A DNA stretch of 64,000 bases, taken from a virus. The stretch covers positions 1-64,000 of the IMG/VR virus record IMGVR_UViG_3300010334_000030. One strand, given 5' to 3'. Of this stretch, positions 1 through 9,432 are shown piece after piece (position 1 is the stretch's first letter; the number at the start of each line of letters is the position of its first letter). Below the pieces are notes generated by a model that saw only the letters and a program-made list of their open reading frames with translations, ran no database searches and was not told the origin of the DNA. A program made the translations under genes and the position numbers.

Positions 1-39
1 AGCCATTATTTGATTTTAAAAGTTCTATGAAAAAATTAA

Positions 40-375
40 CTAAAAGTTCTTCTTGGATGCTCCTTTTACAAAAAAGATAATAACAGATTCTATAATAACA
101 GAGACACCACTTTGTAAGAATGGAAACATTAAATAGCTAAACCAATGAGGGATTGGCTCTTGAAATACGTAGCTCGCATACCCGTTATATAACAGAGGCC
201 AAAATAATGCTGCACCTATCCAGACGCTAAGACACATAACACAAGAGAAAAGTTTTCCGAAGAAAGGGGAAGTAACAATCAGATAGTTTCTGAACTTATC
301 AAAAATAGATCCGTTGACTAAGATGCTGGTAACACACCAGCCAAAAAATAGAAATATTAGATTTATCTGTGTCAT
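40..375 (-). CDS. small membrane protein, DUF1360-like
   Basis: Hydrophobic segments and the LFSCVMCLSVWIG CxxC motif resemble DUF1360. Confidence 0.5.
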   Translation of the reverse strand: MTQINLIFLFFGWCVTSILVNGSIFDKFRNYLIVTSPFFGKLFSCVMCLSVWIGAALFWPLLYNGYASYVFQEPIPHWFSYLMFPFLQSGVSVIIESVIIFFVKGASKKNF

Positions 376-378
376 ATA

Positions 379-1398
379 TTAAAAAATTTCTAAAGCTTTC
401 TCTTGCTCTTTTGTTAATTCAGTTGGTATTTTCAAATTGATTTTTACCATAATGTCTCCCTGCCCAAATCCACTAAATTCAGGAATACCCTTTCCTTGCA
501 ATCTGAATATTTTACCTGGACTGGTTCCTGCTGGAACCTTTATTCTGAATGAAGACCCTTTCAAATTATCAAATTCAACTTCTGTTCCAAGGCAAGCCTC
601 TTTAAAGGTTATTTCCTTTTCGCAAATTAAATTCAGTCCATCTCTTTTATATGTAATATGAGCATACTCTTCAACACCAATAACAAGATCACCAGGGTTA
701 CATGGTGCTTTAGTCCAATCACCCTTTCCTGCCATTAAAAAAGATACACCTGAGACGGATCCCTTTGGTATATTTATATCAAGCTCCTCCATTTTTCTCT
801 CAGTCCCAGATCCCTGACAGGCTCCACAAACTTTTTTAGCTGTACTCCCCTGTCCTTGGCAAGGTCTACACGTTTCCTGAGTTACCATTTCTCCAAATGG
901 ATGCATGATCTTTTTGGCTATTCTGCCAGATCCTCCGCAATTCGTACAAGGTAGCATTTCCCCTTTTTCTGCTCCGCTTCCACTACATGGTGTACACGGT
1001 ACTCTCCTCCAGATCCTTATTTTCTTATTAGCCCCAGTCATCATCTCCTCTAAAGTGAGAGTGACCATTGTGTTGATATTCTTTCCCTTATTGATTTGCT
1101 TTCCCTGATTTCTAGCACCACCGAAAAGATCTTGGAATCCTCCAAACGGATCAAATCCACCGAATCCTCCACCAAAAGATCCACCGAACGGATTAGGGTT
1201 ATCGTATTTAGTTTTTTTATCCGGATCTGATAAAGTTTCATAAGCCTCAGATATCTCTTTAAACTTTGCTTCCGCAGAAGGATTGTTTGCGTTTTTGTCT
1301 GGGTGATACTCTTTAGCTAAATTTCTGTAAGCTTTCTTTATTTCTTCAGGGGAAGATCCTTTATTGACCCCTAGTATGGAATAGTAATCTTTCATCAT
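379..1398 (-). CDS. dnaJ: DnaJ chaperone (type I)
   Basis: KDYYSILGV start, HPD motif, G/F-rich linker, four CxxCxGxG repeats, C-terminal substrate domain. Confidence 0.97.
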   Translation of the reverse strand: MMKDYYSILGVNKGSSPEEIKKAYRNLAKEYHPDKNANNPSAEAKFKEISEAYETLSDPDKKTKYDNPNPFGGSFGGGFGGFDPFGGFQDLFGGARNQGKQINKGKNINTMVTLTLEEMMTGANKKIRIWRRVPCTPCSGSGAEKGEMLPCTNCGGSGRIAKKIMHPFGEMVTQETCRPCQGQGSTAKKVCGACQGSGTERKMEELDINIPKGSVSGVSFLMAGKGDWTKAPCNPGDLVIGVEEYAHITYKRDGLNLICEKEITFKEACLGTEVEFDNLKGSSFRIKVPAGTSPGKIFRLQGKGIPEFSGFGQGDIMVKINLKIPTELTKEQEKALEIF

Positions 1399-1406
1399 TT
1401 TAATTT

Positions 1407-1742
1407 TTATTCTTTTGTCCTAAAAAGATCTCTTACTCTAATCAGCCCAACAGAGGTTTCTGACATATCCCGGTTTGACCATTTCTCTTTAAACTCCTTG
1501 GAAATTTTTACCACTTCCTGACAAATTTCATATTTCTCTAATTCCTCCCAGTATGATAGGATTCTTTTAATGAATGCGTCTATTTGTTCCTCGGTAGAAA
1601 AAACATAAAGAAGTTCAGGAGACTGTGTTCTTAGGGATTCTAAGAATAGATCCTGAACTGCTCTTTCTATATGGGATTTGAGCAGATTAAACTGTGGATG
1701 TTCTTGACCTCCGTTAGGATGAAAAAAATTATGTCTGTTCAA
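1407..1742 (-). CDS. hypothetical protein
   Basis: ORF fills the gap in the operon; EKYEICQEV resembles a UVR-like helix; TTG start uncertain. Confidence 0.55.
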   Translation of the reverse strand: MNRHNFFHPNGGQEHPQFNLLKSHIERAVQDLFLESLRTQSPELLYVFSTEEQIDAFIKRILSYWEELEKYEICQEVVKISKEFKEKWSNRDMSETSVGLIRVRDLFRTKE

Positions 1743-1771
1743 TTTCGTTTAGTGATTTTTTTAATACTTAC

Positions 1772-2008
1772 TTAGATTGTTGACAGTGTTTCCAATATCA
1801 ATGCGTAGTATTCAGTGTCTCCAAGTTCTAAAAATCCTTTACCGTTATCTCTTAGAACCTCATCAACTCTATCCTTACCATAGGTCTCTTGTAAAAAGTC
1901 ATATCTAACTGCACCTTCTAGATCCCTGTCGATGCTATACTTAATGTCATTGTTGCTACCTTCTGTTAGTAGGGTTTCTTCGAATTGATTTAATGTGATG
2001 TCTTCCAT
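1772..2008 (-). CDS. acidic hypothetical protein
   Basis: Tightly packed ORF; N-terminus ITLNQFEETLLTEG loosely resembles the CTS-like motif. Confidence 0.6.
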   Translation of the reverse strand: MEDITLNQFEETLLTEGSNNDIKYSIDRDLEGAVRYDFLQETYGKDRVDEVLRDNGKGFLELGDTEYYALILETLSTI

Positions 2009-2011
2009 TTG

Positions 2012-2929
2012 TTATATTATTTTTTTAGAATTTATGTATCTTAAAAGTGCTAAATCTTTCTGCTTCACCTCAAATTCTATATCAAAAACCATGCCATAAG
2101 TTTCAGGGGTTTCCCAGATCCAATCTGAGTGTGCAACCTCCTTAACCGATTCATCTTCAAATATTTTTCGGGAGTCTGAGTAGTGTGTTATAGCAGGAAT
2201 CCCGTTTTTCCACGTAGATAAGCAAAGTTTTAAGGCTTGCTCCTCGGTTAAATCCGGATGTGGGTTGCATTTGTTGTGGAGATAATCGAAAGTTAAAGGA
2301 ATTCCTATTTTACTGTGAACTAGATCAAAAAGATCTTGGGCATTATACTGTGACTTTTTGTCATCCACTTCTAAAACAAGTCTAGATTTGGCACTATCTG
2401 AAAGAAGATGAAAATTATCGCAGAATCTTTGAGCAGCTTCCTCCTTGGTTGGCTTTGTTGTGTTGACGTGAATGTTGATTGGGTAGAAGTGGGTTCTATC
2501 CAAGCCCATTAAGTCCATTATTTCACCATGCTGTGATATTTCTTTGATAGCCTTTGTAACAACATCAGGACGATCTGAAGCTAAAACACCATAAGGTGAA
2601 GGGTGGAAAGTGATTCTTTGATCTGTTGATTTAGCTAAATCACCAGCCTCCTTTAGGATTGAGTGGATCTCTGCAAAATCTTTAAGATCTGGTATTTCAT
2701 ATTCAGAGCACCAAGGAAATATATCAGATGACATTCTATACATTCTGATTCCGTTATCTGAATTCCATTGAATTATTCTTTTGAGATCCTTGACATTAAG
2801 CAAGGCAAGATCTGAAACGTAATCGAGTCCTTTTTGATCAAAAGTTTTTCTGACCATTCCACGATTAGTTGACACTTTCTCTTTGGAGAGAGATAAATTT
2901 ATACAGCAGTAACCATATCTTCTATTCAT
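2012..2929 (-). CDS. uvsE: UV damage endonuclease UvsE/UVDE
   Basis: GYCCIN start, RMSSDIFPW, RITFHP, LEVDDK, FDYLH, AHSD and EVKQKDLAL motifs. Confidence 0.95.
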   Translation of the reverse strand: MNRRYGYCCINLSLSKEKVSTNRGMVRKTFDQKGLDYVSDLALLNVKDLKRIIQWNSDNGIRMYRMSSDIFPWCSEYEIPDLKDFAEIHSILKEAGDLAKSTDQRITFHPSPYGVLASDRPDVVTKAIKEISQHGEIMDLMGLDRTHFYPINIHVNTTKPTKEEAAQRFCDNFHLLSDSAKSRLVLEVDDKKSQYNAQDLFDLVHSKIGIPLTFDYLHNKCNPHPDLTEEQALKLCLSTWKNGIPAITHYSDSRKIFEDESVKEVAHSDWIWETPETYGMVFDIEFEVKQKDLALLRYINSKKII

Positions 2930-2932
2930 AAT

Positions 2933-2965
2933 GTAAATATAAAAGAACCTCTCGGGATTAAAAAA
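2933..2965 (-). promoter_or_regulatory. CGAGA-N8-TAnnTTT(G/A) promoter, copy 1 (before uvsE)
   Basis: Minus strand TTTTTAATCCCGAGAGGTTCTTTTATATTTAC; same spacing at 4 loci. Confidence 0.65.
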
Positions 2966-4756
2966 TTAAACCTCTCTATTAAGCCATTTCTTTCTTTCCT
3001 CTGATGATTTACCGAAGGCCATTTCCAAATGGTATTTAGTTTTCTTGTCCTCTATAACTGTTATGATTCTTTTATTCTTCATGACATGATCCCAATCATC
3101 CAGGGATAAAGATCCTAGTCCTTTTAGATACCTAACATTTGTCTTATCTGATTTACCTGCATTCTTTTTAAACTCTTCTAATGAGTAGTAATACTTTTTA
3201 GATTTGTCCCCGGTGGTAACAAGAGGTGTTTCTAAGAATTGAACCCTTCCCTGTTTAACAGTCCAAGGAAACCAAATATAGAAAAGATTAATCAGGAGCG
3301 ATGTAATATGTGCACCATCTGGATCCTGATCTGTTGATATAACAATTCTTTCGAATGGACAAATTAGATCTTGACCCTCTGGATCTAAATTTAGAATTTG
3401 CATAAGTTCTAAGATCTCTTTATTCTCTGCCAGGTCTGACAGAGTTCTAGCATTTTTTATTTTACCTTTCAGAGCATAAACACCGTCCTTCCTAGGATCT
3501 CTTTTTTGTAGGATAGATCCCATAGCACTTAGTCCTTCCACGATAAATAGATTTTCTGCCTTTGAAGAAGTTGGAGGAAAGTATTTGTTGGAGTGTCTAA
3601 TTCTAATTGACTTCTTATCCTTTCTTATTTTTTTAAGTTCTGACTCTTTCTTACGATCGTCTACGAGTTTCTTTATTTTTTTAAAGGTCTCACTTTTAAA
3701 GAACTTTTCCAGAATCGAATCGAAATTTTTTGCAATAGTTGGCTCAACCTCTTCCCTCTTTGAAACAAATTTAGTTTTGTTCTGATCTCCAAATCTGACC
3801 ATACCCGGAGGAAGATTTAGAATAATCAACGTGTCATAAAAATGGTGTCCCAAAGAATCTTCGAGCTTTGCGTTAATTCTATCTAGGATTATCTTTTGAT
3901 GAATTCCGGTACACAGTGCGCTATTAACAAAGGAGAACGAAGAAGAATCACCCTTCTTTTCCCATATCATAATTTCCCCAATTGGTGTGTCAGCAGACCA
4001 ATTTGGTTTTAACTCATCAACAATATATTCCGACTTGCTGTCCCAAACCATCTTCACCTTTAGGTTGCATGTTTTTTTCTCCGTCTCCAAAACTTTCTTT
4101 CTAAGGAGAAGGTAGGTTCTGATTGTTTTGTAATCCCATTGCATGTTATCAAAAACATCAGCTCGAGGAATAAAACTAACCGCAGTTCCTTTGGGTGTTG
4201 ATTTTAATCTTTTAGAAATCTGTGGTGTCGATGCTTTGAACCTATTCCAACATTGATAATAAACCTCAGTCTCATTAGCTGTTGAAATGTCAAATTTCTC
4301 AGAGAGAGCATTCACCAAGCTCACACCCATACCATTAGTACCAACAATAGATTCACTAATATTGTCATTATCGAAATTAGATCCTGCTCTAAGCATAGAT
4401 ACTGCAGTCTCGATATTACTTAATCCACTCTTCTTATTAATAGAAGATCCATTAGTAAATCCGTCACCGGTATCTGATATAGTTACAGTATTTGTCTTGG
4501 TGCTGATCTCAACTACAATTTCCTTCATCGCGGAAGACATTCTTTTAGCTTCGTCTACACAATTTGAAAACACCTCATCAAACAGCTTGTACATTCCAAC
4601 AGAATGTTCTTTCATAAATCCCTTTATCACACCATCCTCAACTATAGGAACCATCTCCTCAGTTTTCTTAACACTACCAACATAGATTGTTGGTCTTTTA
4701 ATAATGTGCTCAAAGTCCGTAAGTACCTCTATTGACTTATTAACCTTATTTGTCAT
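2966..4756 (-). CDS. type IIA DNA topoisomerase ATPase/TOPRIM subunit (GyrB-like; T4 gp39+gp60 equivalent)
   Basis: EHIIKRPTIYVGS, NCVDE, DTGDG, GTNGMG (GHKL ATPase); VEGLSA, LKGKIKN, DQDPDGAHI, RYLKGLGS (TOPRIM). Confidence 0.95.
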   Translation of the reverse strand: MTNKVNKSIEVLTDFEHIIKRPTIYVGSVKKTEEMVPIVEDGVIKGFMKEHSVGMYKLFDEVFSNCVDEAKRMSSAMKEIVVEISTKTNTVTISDTGDGFTNGSSINKKSGLSNIETAVSMLRAGSNFDNDNISESIVGTNGMGVSLVNALSEKFDISTANETEVYYQCWNRFKASTPQISKRLKSTPKGTAVSFIPRADVFDNMQWDYKTIRTYLLLRKKVLETEKKTCNLKVKMVWDSKSEYIVDELKPNWSADTPIGEIMIWEKKGDSSSFSFVNSALCTGIHQKIILDRINAKLEDSLGHHFYDTLIILNLPPGMVRFGDQNKTKFVSKREEVEPTIAKNFDSILEKFFKSETFKKIKKLVDDRKKESELKKIRKDKKSIRIRHSNKYFPPTSSKAENLFIVEGLSAMGSILQKRDPRKDGVYALKGKIKNARTLSDLAENKEILELMQILNLDPEGQDLICPFERIVISTDQDPDGAHITSLLINLFYIWFPWTVKQGRVQFLETPLVTTGDKSKKYYYSLEEFKKNAGKSDKTNVRYLKGLGSLSLDDWDHVMKNKRIITVIEDKKTKYHLEMAFGKSSEERKKWLNREV

Positions 4757-4771
4757 CGCTTCTTTTTTATT

Positions 4772-4799
4772 TTATATCTGAGACACCAAAAAAGATTCC
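4772..4799 (-). promoter_or_regulatory. GGAA-N19-TATAA promoter before the topoisomerase gene
   Basis: GGAATCTTTTTTGGTGTCTCAGATATAA; same architecture before polB, the Hc1-like gene and gp32. Confidence 0.5.
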
Positions 4800-4802
4800 A
4801 AT

Positions 4803-4827
4803 AAAAAATCCGGGGTTACCCGGATTT
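4803..4827 (-). terminator. intrinsic terminator
   Basis: AAATCCGGGGTTACCCGGATTT hairpin with a T-run on the minus strand, just after the stop at 4831. Confidence 0.85.
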
Positions 4828-4830
4828 ATA

Positions 4831-6036
4831 CTATTTCTTTTTGATCTTTTTGGTCTTTCTGTTATTCTTAACCTTCTCTTCTTCCGGATCCTTCGCTATA
4901 AATTTAGCAAGCTTCCAGGCTAGTCCAAACCAAAACTTAGCATTTTCGTAAGATCTTTTAATTCCTTTCCATTTCTCCTTTGTCCTTTCTATGATCCCTT
5001 TATCTAATGGTGTTTTTTGTTCCTGAATAGTGGAGAGATAAGAATCTAGGTCTTTTTTAATCTGATCTGCCCTTTTAACGATTTCTTTCTTGCCTATTTC
5101 ATATTTACTTTTGATCTCACTTAATCCTTTAATTCCTATTTTTTCTATTATAGAACTCTTTATTTCTCCAGTGTTTTTAGGGTCTGGTTTTTTTGCCCAT
5201 TTGAATATCCTATAAACACCATATAAAGGGAAAAGTGCAGACACACCGATTAAAAGCTTTAATTCCAATCCAGATTTAAGGTGATTCCAAAAAAGTGATG
5301 TTATGCACTCTTTTTTTAATTTAATAGATCCTGAATCCTTAACTGAGGTGGCAGTTAACTTTACGAAATTTTTAACGACGTCTATATCATTTTTAACCTT
5401 GGGTGTTTTCCATATGCTTATGCCTTTTGTTGTGATCCATTTCCCAATCTGTGCTACCGCATAAATTGTATTAGGCTCTACTGAAATAGTCGAAGAATTA
5501 GAAGACCCCGAGAATCCACTAATAATAGTTGCTGCTTGAAGCATCATTTTCGCTACCTCTTTCTGAACTACCCAAGCTCCGGATAACGTGTAAACCAAAG
5601 CCTTTCCGTCGGCAGCAGCTGCATGCTCTAAAAAGCTAAATCCACCATTAAGAAGTCCTTCTTTTTTTAGTGCTTCTATTTTTGTTTTTACCCCAGCCTT
5701 AGGAATTAGTACAACATATGGAAAATTTGCGCTGCCTTTTGGTTTTAAGGTAATAACCATTCCGGCTTGAAAGAGATCGTAGAAATTTGGGTTCTCGTAT
5801 ATTTTAGGTTTCGGTAAACCCTGTCCCTTTATAACATCCTCTTTTATCTTACCTGCTCCCAATAGATCAAACACATCGAAAACAGATTTTGGCCCTCCTG
5901 GGATTTTATAAGTGTTGGGATCAACTAATAGATCTTTAGGTTTAGCTACAATTGCCATCTTGCTTCCCTCCAATAGGAATTCTTCAGATTCATAAAGGGG
6001 ATCAAACTCAGAAAAGGATAATAGACGCGTTTCCAT
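4831..6036 (-). CDS. hypothetical protein with CTS-like N-terminus, candidate virion internal protein
   Basis: METRLLSFSEFDPLYES; GATATATA about 20 nt upstream; one hydrophobic segment (LLIGVSALFPLYGVYRIF). Confidence 0.7.
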   Translation of the reverse strand: METRLLSFSEFDPLYESEEFLLEGSKMAIVAKPKDLLVDPNTYKIPGGPKSVFDVFDLLGAGKIKEDVIKGQGLPKPKIYENPNFYDLFQAGMVITLKPKGSANFPYVVLIPKAGVKTKIEALKKEGLLNGGFSFLEHAAAADGKALVYTLSGAWVVQKEVAKMMLQAATIISGFSGSSNSSTISVEPNTIYAVAQIGKWITTKGISIWKTPKVKNDIDVVKNFVKLTATSVKDSGSIKLKKECITSLFWNHLKSGLELKLLIGVSALFPLYGVYRIFKWAKKPDPKNTGEIKSSIIEKIGIKGLSEIKSKYEIGKKEIVKRADQIKKDLDSYLSTIQEQKTPLDKGIIERTKEKWKGIKRSYENAKFWFGLAWKLAKFIAKDPEEEKVKNNRKTKKIKKK

Positions 6037-6049
6037 TTAGTTTTTTAAT

Positions 6050-6424
6050 TTATTCTATATATCTTCTCTCCCTATTTGCGGTGTCTATTAGGCGGTTTAA
6101 ACAAGCTATAGTGGCATCATCATAATTCTTGAATGCACCATGGCTAAAATGCTCTATACGAAGGTCTGGGTACCTTATAACGTAGTCGTAAGTGTCACCG
6201 GCATAGAGCTTTACATATGAGATCATACCACAATTCTCTCTAAACCATCTAAAGGCTTGTTGGTAAATCGGTGCATTAATATTCGGAATATCTTTTGAGC
6301 CATAAACAAAATTATCACCTTTAAAGTAAAACTGACCTAGCACATAAGCAGCCATACAAGGTTCATCAAAGCCGAGTTCTTTAAGTTGTAAGGCTTGTTC
6401 GTAAGAAATGAATTCTTTTTCCAT
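6050..6424 (-). CDS. phage hypothetical protein, paralogue of 6424..6840
   Basis: Shares KEFIxYEQALxLKELGF, APxxxQAFRWFRE and ACLxxLI with its neighbour. Confidence 0.8.
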   Translation of the reverse strand: MEKEFISYEQALQLKELGFDEPCMAAYVLGQFYFKGDNFVYGSKDIPNINAPIYQQAFRWFRENCGMISYVKLYAGDTYDYVIRYPDLRIEHFSHGAFKNYDDATIACLNRLIDTANRERRYIE

Positions 6425-6840
6425 TATTGATTTTTTAATATTTCAATAAGTTTCTTTAGACAAGCAAGCTCTGCTTCTTCATAGGTATAGTATAAATCAG
6501 AGTTGTAAACTATATTCTCCCAGCCTTCAAAAAACTGAGTTGACTCATATCTAGATATAGAGTAACAGAACTTTGGCTCCATCGTTTGGTCAGCATTTAT
6601 CGACGAAAATAACAAATAGTGTTCTCTAAACCACCTAAATGCTTGTGAGAATGTTGGTGCAATACATTCTCCTATTTTATCCATGTCTTGTGGGGTATAA
6701 AAAAAATCTTTGTCTTCATAACCAATAATGACATCTGATAACAATTCCACATTTATGTTATACCAGGCAAAACATTGTTCACCAAACCCAAGTTCTTTAA
6801 GAGCTAATGCTTGTTCGTAAGGGATAAATTCTTTTTGCAT
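6424..6840 (-). CDS. phage hypothetical protein, paralogue of 6050..6424
   Basis: Same motifs as 6050..6424; tandem duplicate. Confidence 0.8.
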   Translation of the reverse strand: MQKEFIPYEQALALKELGFGEQCFAWYNINVELLSDVIIGYEDKDFFYTPQDMDKIGECIAPTFSQAFRWFREHYLLFSSINADQTMEPKFCYSISRYESTQFFEGWENIVYNSDLYYTYEEAELACLKKLIEILKNQ

Positions 6841-6845
6841 GCTAA

Positions 6846-7682
6846 TTAGATTTTTCCGAATGATATTTCTTCGTCATTGATAATAAGATATTCCCCACTA
6901 GTGCCTAAGCAGTCTATAAACCAATATCTTCCACCAGTAGCCCCTCCCTTCTTATCAACTCTTTCAACCTGTGTGTGACCAACGATCTGGATAACATCTT
7001 TCCTCAGTGTGTCTCTGTTAGCCTTCATCAAAGATCTAGGCCTAATCCAAATAGGGGATTGCCGTATATCATCTCCGTAAGGATCGGTAATTCTAGTTTG
7101 GTCACAGTAAGCACCAAACGTAAAAGATTTTGGTTTATATCTATGAAGTTCGTTTAGGTCCGTAGCTAAAGTTTCGGTCTTCCATACATCCTTTCCAAAA
7201 GCACTATCCATAAAGTCACTGCTCACCCCTGCGTGTGTGAATAGGAACTGTCCCATCTGGTATGCCATTTGGAGGTGTTTTTTATTTTCACCTATTATGT
7301 AACTTATAGATGGAGCTAATAAGTGTTGGTATCCACTTGTTCCTGTATCGCCAACTTCAGGAAAATAGTGGTGATCGTGATTCCCTATTAAAAGAATGAC
7401 CTCACATATCCCGCTCTCTTTGAATTTAAGTATATCCTGAAAGTTATTAAGCTGATCATTTCCTGATATGTCAAACGAATCAAAATAATCTCCTATGAAT
7501 ATCATTCTATCGGGCTTCTCTAATTCATAGATCAATTTCCAAACTGATCTACCGTGAACATCTCCTATTACTACAGTTTTCATTTTTCTTTTATTTTCTA
7601 GCCAATTACTTAAAGATTCATCGGTTTCTTCAGATAAAGCTTTATCAATTTTTTCTTCTAATTTTTTTAAATCTATTGCCAC
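6846..7682 (-). CDS. calcineurin-like metallophosphoesterase (core starts at about 7583)
   Basis: GDVHG, GDYFD, GNHD, THAG and GHT motifs. Confidence 0.92.
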   Translation of the reverse strand: MAIDLKKLEEKIDKALSEETDESLSNWLENKRKMKTVVIGDVHGRSVWKLIYELEKPDRMIFIGDYFDSFDISGNDQLNNFQDILKFKESGICEVILLIGNHDHHYFPEVGDTGTSGYQHLLAPSISYIIGENKKHLQMAYQMGQFLFTHAGVSSDFMDSAFGKDVWKTETLATDLNELHRYKPKSFTFGAYCDQTRITDPYGDDIRQSPIWIRPRSLMKANRDTLRKDVIQIVGHTQVERVDKKGGATGGRYWFIDCLGTSGEYLIINDEEISFGKI

Positions 7683-7684
7683 AG

Positions 7685-7900
7685 TTAATCTTTTTTAAAT
7701 GTTTCTTTATAGAATTGTTCTCCACAATTTTCTTCATCAACCATTGGAGATTGATTGATATATCCATTATACCAAGTATTAATTATCTCTTGCTTGTGCA
7801 TTTCTTTAGCTTGTTCAACTAATTCATCCATTATAAAAACATCCCCTTTAATTTCAAAGTTTTTATAAAGTTGAGTAACAAACCATTGTATTGATGTCAT
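7685..7900 (-). CDS. small cassette protein (MTSIQWF...AKEMHKQEII family)
   Basis: Paralogous to 8515..8814; ends in KKD-stop. Confidence 0.7.
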   Translation of the reverse strand: MTSIQWFVTQLYKNFEIKGDVFIMDELVEQAKEMHKQEIINTWYNGYINQSPMVDEENCGEQFYKETFKKD

Positions 7901-7907
7901 AACTTTT

Positions 7908-8099
7908 TTATTTTTGATCAAACCAATACCAACCCAATAATATTCTCATAAATTGTCTATGGAACCAATTTGGTTTATATGTTAAATTGAATTGAATATA
8001 TCCAGTGGTTGATTTACCTATTCTATATCCTCCCACATATTCTGGAGGTGATACTAATGTATTTAGTTTGATTGTTTCTCCTTGTAAATTGTAATTCAT
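7908..8099 (-). CDS. small hypothetical protein
   Basis: ATG lies inside the junction repeat; KPNWFHRQFMRILLGW. Confidence 0.7.
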   Translation of the reverse strand: MNYNLQGETIKLNTLVSPPEYVGGYRIGKSTTGYIQFNLTYKPNWFHRQFMRILLGWYWFDQK

Positions 8100-8101
8100 A
8101 A

Positions 8102-8512
8102 TTAATCTTTTTTAGGTTGTTTAAGTGATTGGATGATTTCTGTTTTTTCAGAAACAAGTAAATAACCATATTTATCTGCCATATTTATTGCATCCCTAAC
8201 TTGTTCCTCTGTATATAGAGTTTCTTGTTGGGGAAGTTCTACCATTTTGCTGATGTCAGAAATATGGCCAGATTTAATTAGTTTGGCATAAATTCCCATC
8301 AACACATTATCATCATCAGATAAAGTATTTTTATTAGAAACTATATTAACTATCTCAAACTCTACATCTTGTGTAAATTTAGAAGTGAAGCAAGTATCCA
8401 TTAGTTCTATAAAGTCAGGGTGTAAGGGAAGTGTTTCCCAATCATTCTTATTAATAGAATAGTTATAGTTTACCACCCATCCCTTTTCTGTTTTAGTTAA
8501 TATTCCTTTCAT
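8102..8512 (-). CDS. mosaic cassette protein (MKGxLxKTxxGW family)
   Basis: N-terminus shared with 9433..9990 and 13742..14290; LYTEEQVR and PKKD shared with 9433..9990. Confidence 0.8.
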   Translation of the reverse strand: MKGILTKTEKGWVVNYNYSINKNDWETLPLHPDFIELMDTCFTSKFTQDVEFEIVNIVSNKNTLSDDDNVLMGIYAKLIKSGHISDISKMVELPQQETLYTEEQVRDAINMADKYGYLLVSEKTEIIQSLKQPKKD

Positions 8513-8514
8513 AA

Positions 8515-8814
8515 TTAATCTTTTTTAGTTTTTTGATAAAATCCACTACTGTTTTCCCAATCTTCATTTGTTGTATTTTGTTTAAACAAATCTCTCATTT
8601 TAAGTGTAACTTTCGACCAATCTTTACCATTAGCCAATGTTTCATAATACAATTCTACATCTGAATCACCCAATCCATCAAACCCATCTTCTGCACCTGC
8701 ACTAAAAGCATTTACTATTTCTTGCTTGTGTAATTTATTAGCATATATAATCATTGCTTCTGTAGGATGATGAACCTTTTTAAGTTCTTCTAATAGCCAA
8801 GTTACTGATGTCAT
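8515..8814 (-). CDS. small cassette protein
   Basis: MTSVTWL...HKQEIVNA, paralogue of 7685..7900; ends in KKD. Confidence 0.75.
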   Translation of the reverse strand: MTSVTWLLEELKKVHHPTEAMIIYANKLHKQEIVNAFSAGAEDGFDGLGDSDVELYYETLANGKDWSKVTLKMRDLFKQNTTNEDWENSSGFYQKTKKD

Positions 8815-8818
8815 AAGT

Positions 8819-8980
8819 TTAGTCTTTTAATTCTTCTTTAGTTAATTTATACATTATATAAGCTATTTGTGTAGCTAATAACATTTTAAGCATTTCTTCT
8901 ATTGTAGCACCTTTCCATACATTAAATGATATAAGAATAGATGCTAACCATACAATTAGGAATAGTCCAAATGTTTTCAT
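8819..8980 (-). CDS. 53-aa membrane protein (not in the ORF track)
   Basis: My translation: MKTFGLFLIVWLASILISFNVWKGATIEEMLKMLLATQIAYIMYKLTKEELKD; ATG within the junction repeat. Confidence 0.65.
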   Translation of the reverse strand: MKTFGLFLIVWLASILISFNVWKGATIEEMLKMLLATQIAYIMYKLTKEELKD

Positions 8981-8993
8981 AATTAATCTTTTT

Positions 8994-9320
8994 TTAGCCC
9001 TTATTTTTATTTTTTTTAAATATATTTAATAAATCTATCGTTCTCTCAGCTCCATCATACTTTGATTTAGCATGTAACATATCACCATTTACATTTTTGT
9101 TTTTATCAGGATAAGTAGCTACAAATTCTGCAAACTCACACATTTCTTTTATATGAATTTCTTTTGCACCTTTCTCTATTTCTTCATCTGATATTTCTTG
9201 TTTGGGATATGTAACAAGTTTTTCAAGTTCAGAAATATATCTTAACACACTAATAGGTGTAGTCATATAATCTTCTTCACAATTATTCTTCCAATAGTTT
9301 ATGTCTTTTTTTTGTGTCAT
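8994..9320 (-). CDS. mosaic hypothetical protein
   Basis: Tightly packed ORF; its stop lies immediately before a junction repeat. Confidence 0.7.
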   Translation of the reverse strand: MTQKKDINYWKNNCEEDYMTTPISVLRYISELEKLVTYPKQEISDEEIEKGAKEIHIKEMCEFAEFVATYPDKNKNVNGDMLHAKSKYDGAERTIDLLNIFKKNKNKG

Positions 9321-9430
9321 AGTTTATCTTTTATTTTTTCTAATGTTTTATTAATTTCTATTAAGTTATAAGATATACTCATAAGACCTATAAATATTAT
9401 TATTCCAATCATTCCTAAAATAACTATCAT
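9317..9430 (-). CDS. 37-aa single-TM protein (not in the ORF track)
   Basis: My translation: MIVILGMIGIIIFIGLMSISYNLIEINKTLEKIKDKL; ATG in the junction repeat; ATGA overlap with the next gene. Confidence 0.6.
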   Translation of the reverse strand: MIVILGMIGIIIFIGLMSISYNLIEINKTLEKIKDKL

Positions 9431-9432
9431 AA